A stretch of 62,786 bases of DNA, counting the filler, from Octopus bimaculoides (lineage: Eukaryota), in the NCBI RefSeq assembly GCF_001194135.2. It is 6 parts of 6 records of this genome, joined end to end, with 100 filler letters (N's around TTAATTAATTAA, not from the genome) between each part and the next. Parts side by side here need not be neighbours in the genome. Positions count along the whole stretch, not along the records: positions 61,030 to 62,786 come from NW_026439297.1; 5 more parts are not named here. One strand, written 5' to 3'. Under the pieces are notes generated by a model that did not search any database, was not told the origin of the DNA, and saw nothing but the letters and a program-made list of their open reading frames with translations. Made by a program: the position numbers and the translations under genes. Of this stretch, positions 62,053-62,786 are shown one piece after another (position 1 is the first letter of the stretch; every line of letters starts with the position of its first letter).

Positions 62053-62786
62053 GTCTGTCTGTCTGTCTGTCTATATAATTTTTCGGGGAATGATATATCT
62101 CGAAACACACACATAAATCTCTAATTACAGGCTATCATTTATAACTGTATGTGTACGCTTCGAGATATACGATTCCAAAAAAGAATTTCATGTATACATA
62201 CACATATAATTATATATATATATATATATATATNNNNNNNNNNNNNNNNNNNNNNNNNNNNNNNNNNNNNNNNNNNNNNNNNNNNNNNNNNNNNNNNNNN
62301 NNNNNNNNNNNNNNNNNNNNNNNNNNNNNNNNNNNNNNNNNNNNNNNNNNNNNNNNNNNNNNNNNNNNNNNNNNNNNNNNNNNNNNNNNNNNNNNNNNNN
62401 NNNNNNNNNNNNNNNNNNNNNNNNNNNNNNNNNNNNNNNNNNNNNNNNNNNNNNNNNNNNNNNNNNNNNNNNNNNNNNNNNNNNNNNNNNNNNNNNNNNN
62501 NNNNNNNNNNNNNNNNNNNNNNNTTTTTTTGTGATGTTCTTGCAGCTTTAATTATATGTGTGTATGTGTATGTGTGTGAAAGTGTATATATACGTATGTA
62601 TACGTATGTATATGTATACGTGTGTGTGTGTGATTCATGTCTAAATATTGTTTGATGACAGCGCCATATTGAACAAATACTTGTTTGGTTTTTTCAAACA
62701 GAAGAATTCCATGTTGAGCTAAATATAAAACTATGTTTACCCGCCTGGATAATATTTCTCCATTCCTCTGGTTTTCATCTCTGTTA

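Noticed and set aside
1593-62655. Long ORFs in the track made of X runs or YI/CV/HT/poly-I, poly-N, poly-M repeats
   Set aside because: They are read-through of N gaps and of (TA)n, (CA)n, (ATT)n or (CAT)n microsatellites, with no coding signal.
1-62786. CRISPR arrays, rRNA genes or genuine tRNA genes
   Set aside because: No regularly spaced repeat-spacer array. All tRNA-like A/B boxes are SINE heads without a cloverleaf.

Overview
AT-rich, microsatellite- and retroelement-dense animal genomic DNA with many N gaps. The repeat families look like octopus (inference from recalled repeat sequences, not a database search). Five identical 100-bp spacers (44 N + TTAATTAATTAA + 44 N) cut the window into six segments: 1-21142, 21243-31903, 32004-46442, 46543-53094, 53195-60929 and 61030-62786. 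Adjacency across these spacers is probably artificial. Three host genes are visible, each confined to one segment and each incomplete: one EXT1 exon (- strand, segment 1), seven frame-consistent COG2 exons (-, segment 2) and five frame-consistent exons of a matrix metalloproteinase covering prodomain to catalytic domain (+, segment 5). The rest is intronic or intergenic. It holds several tRNA-derived SINE families, RTE-clade LINE fragments, two R4/Dong-like RLE retrotransposons sitting in (TAA)n tracts, a non-coding repeat with an (AAT)n tail, Penelope-like remnants and two mariner-type MITEs. The most interesting signal is a pair of type I hammerhead-ribozyme motifs (49533-49613 and 22385-22430, both - strand). 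They share a 16-bp core/stem III but have different, compensatorily paired stems I and II. Nearly all ORFs in the supplied track are artefacts of microsatellites or N runs.
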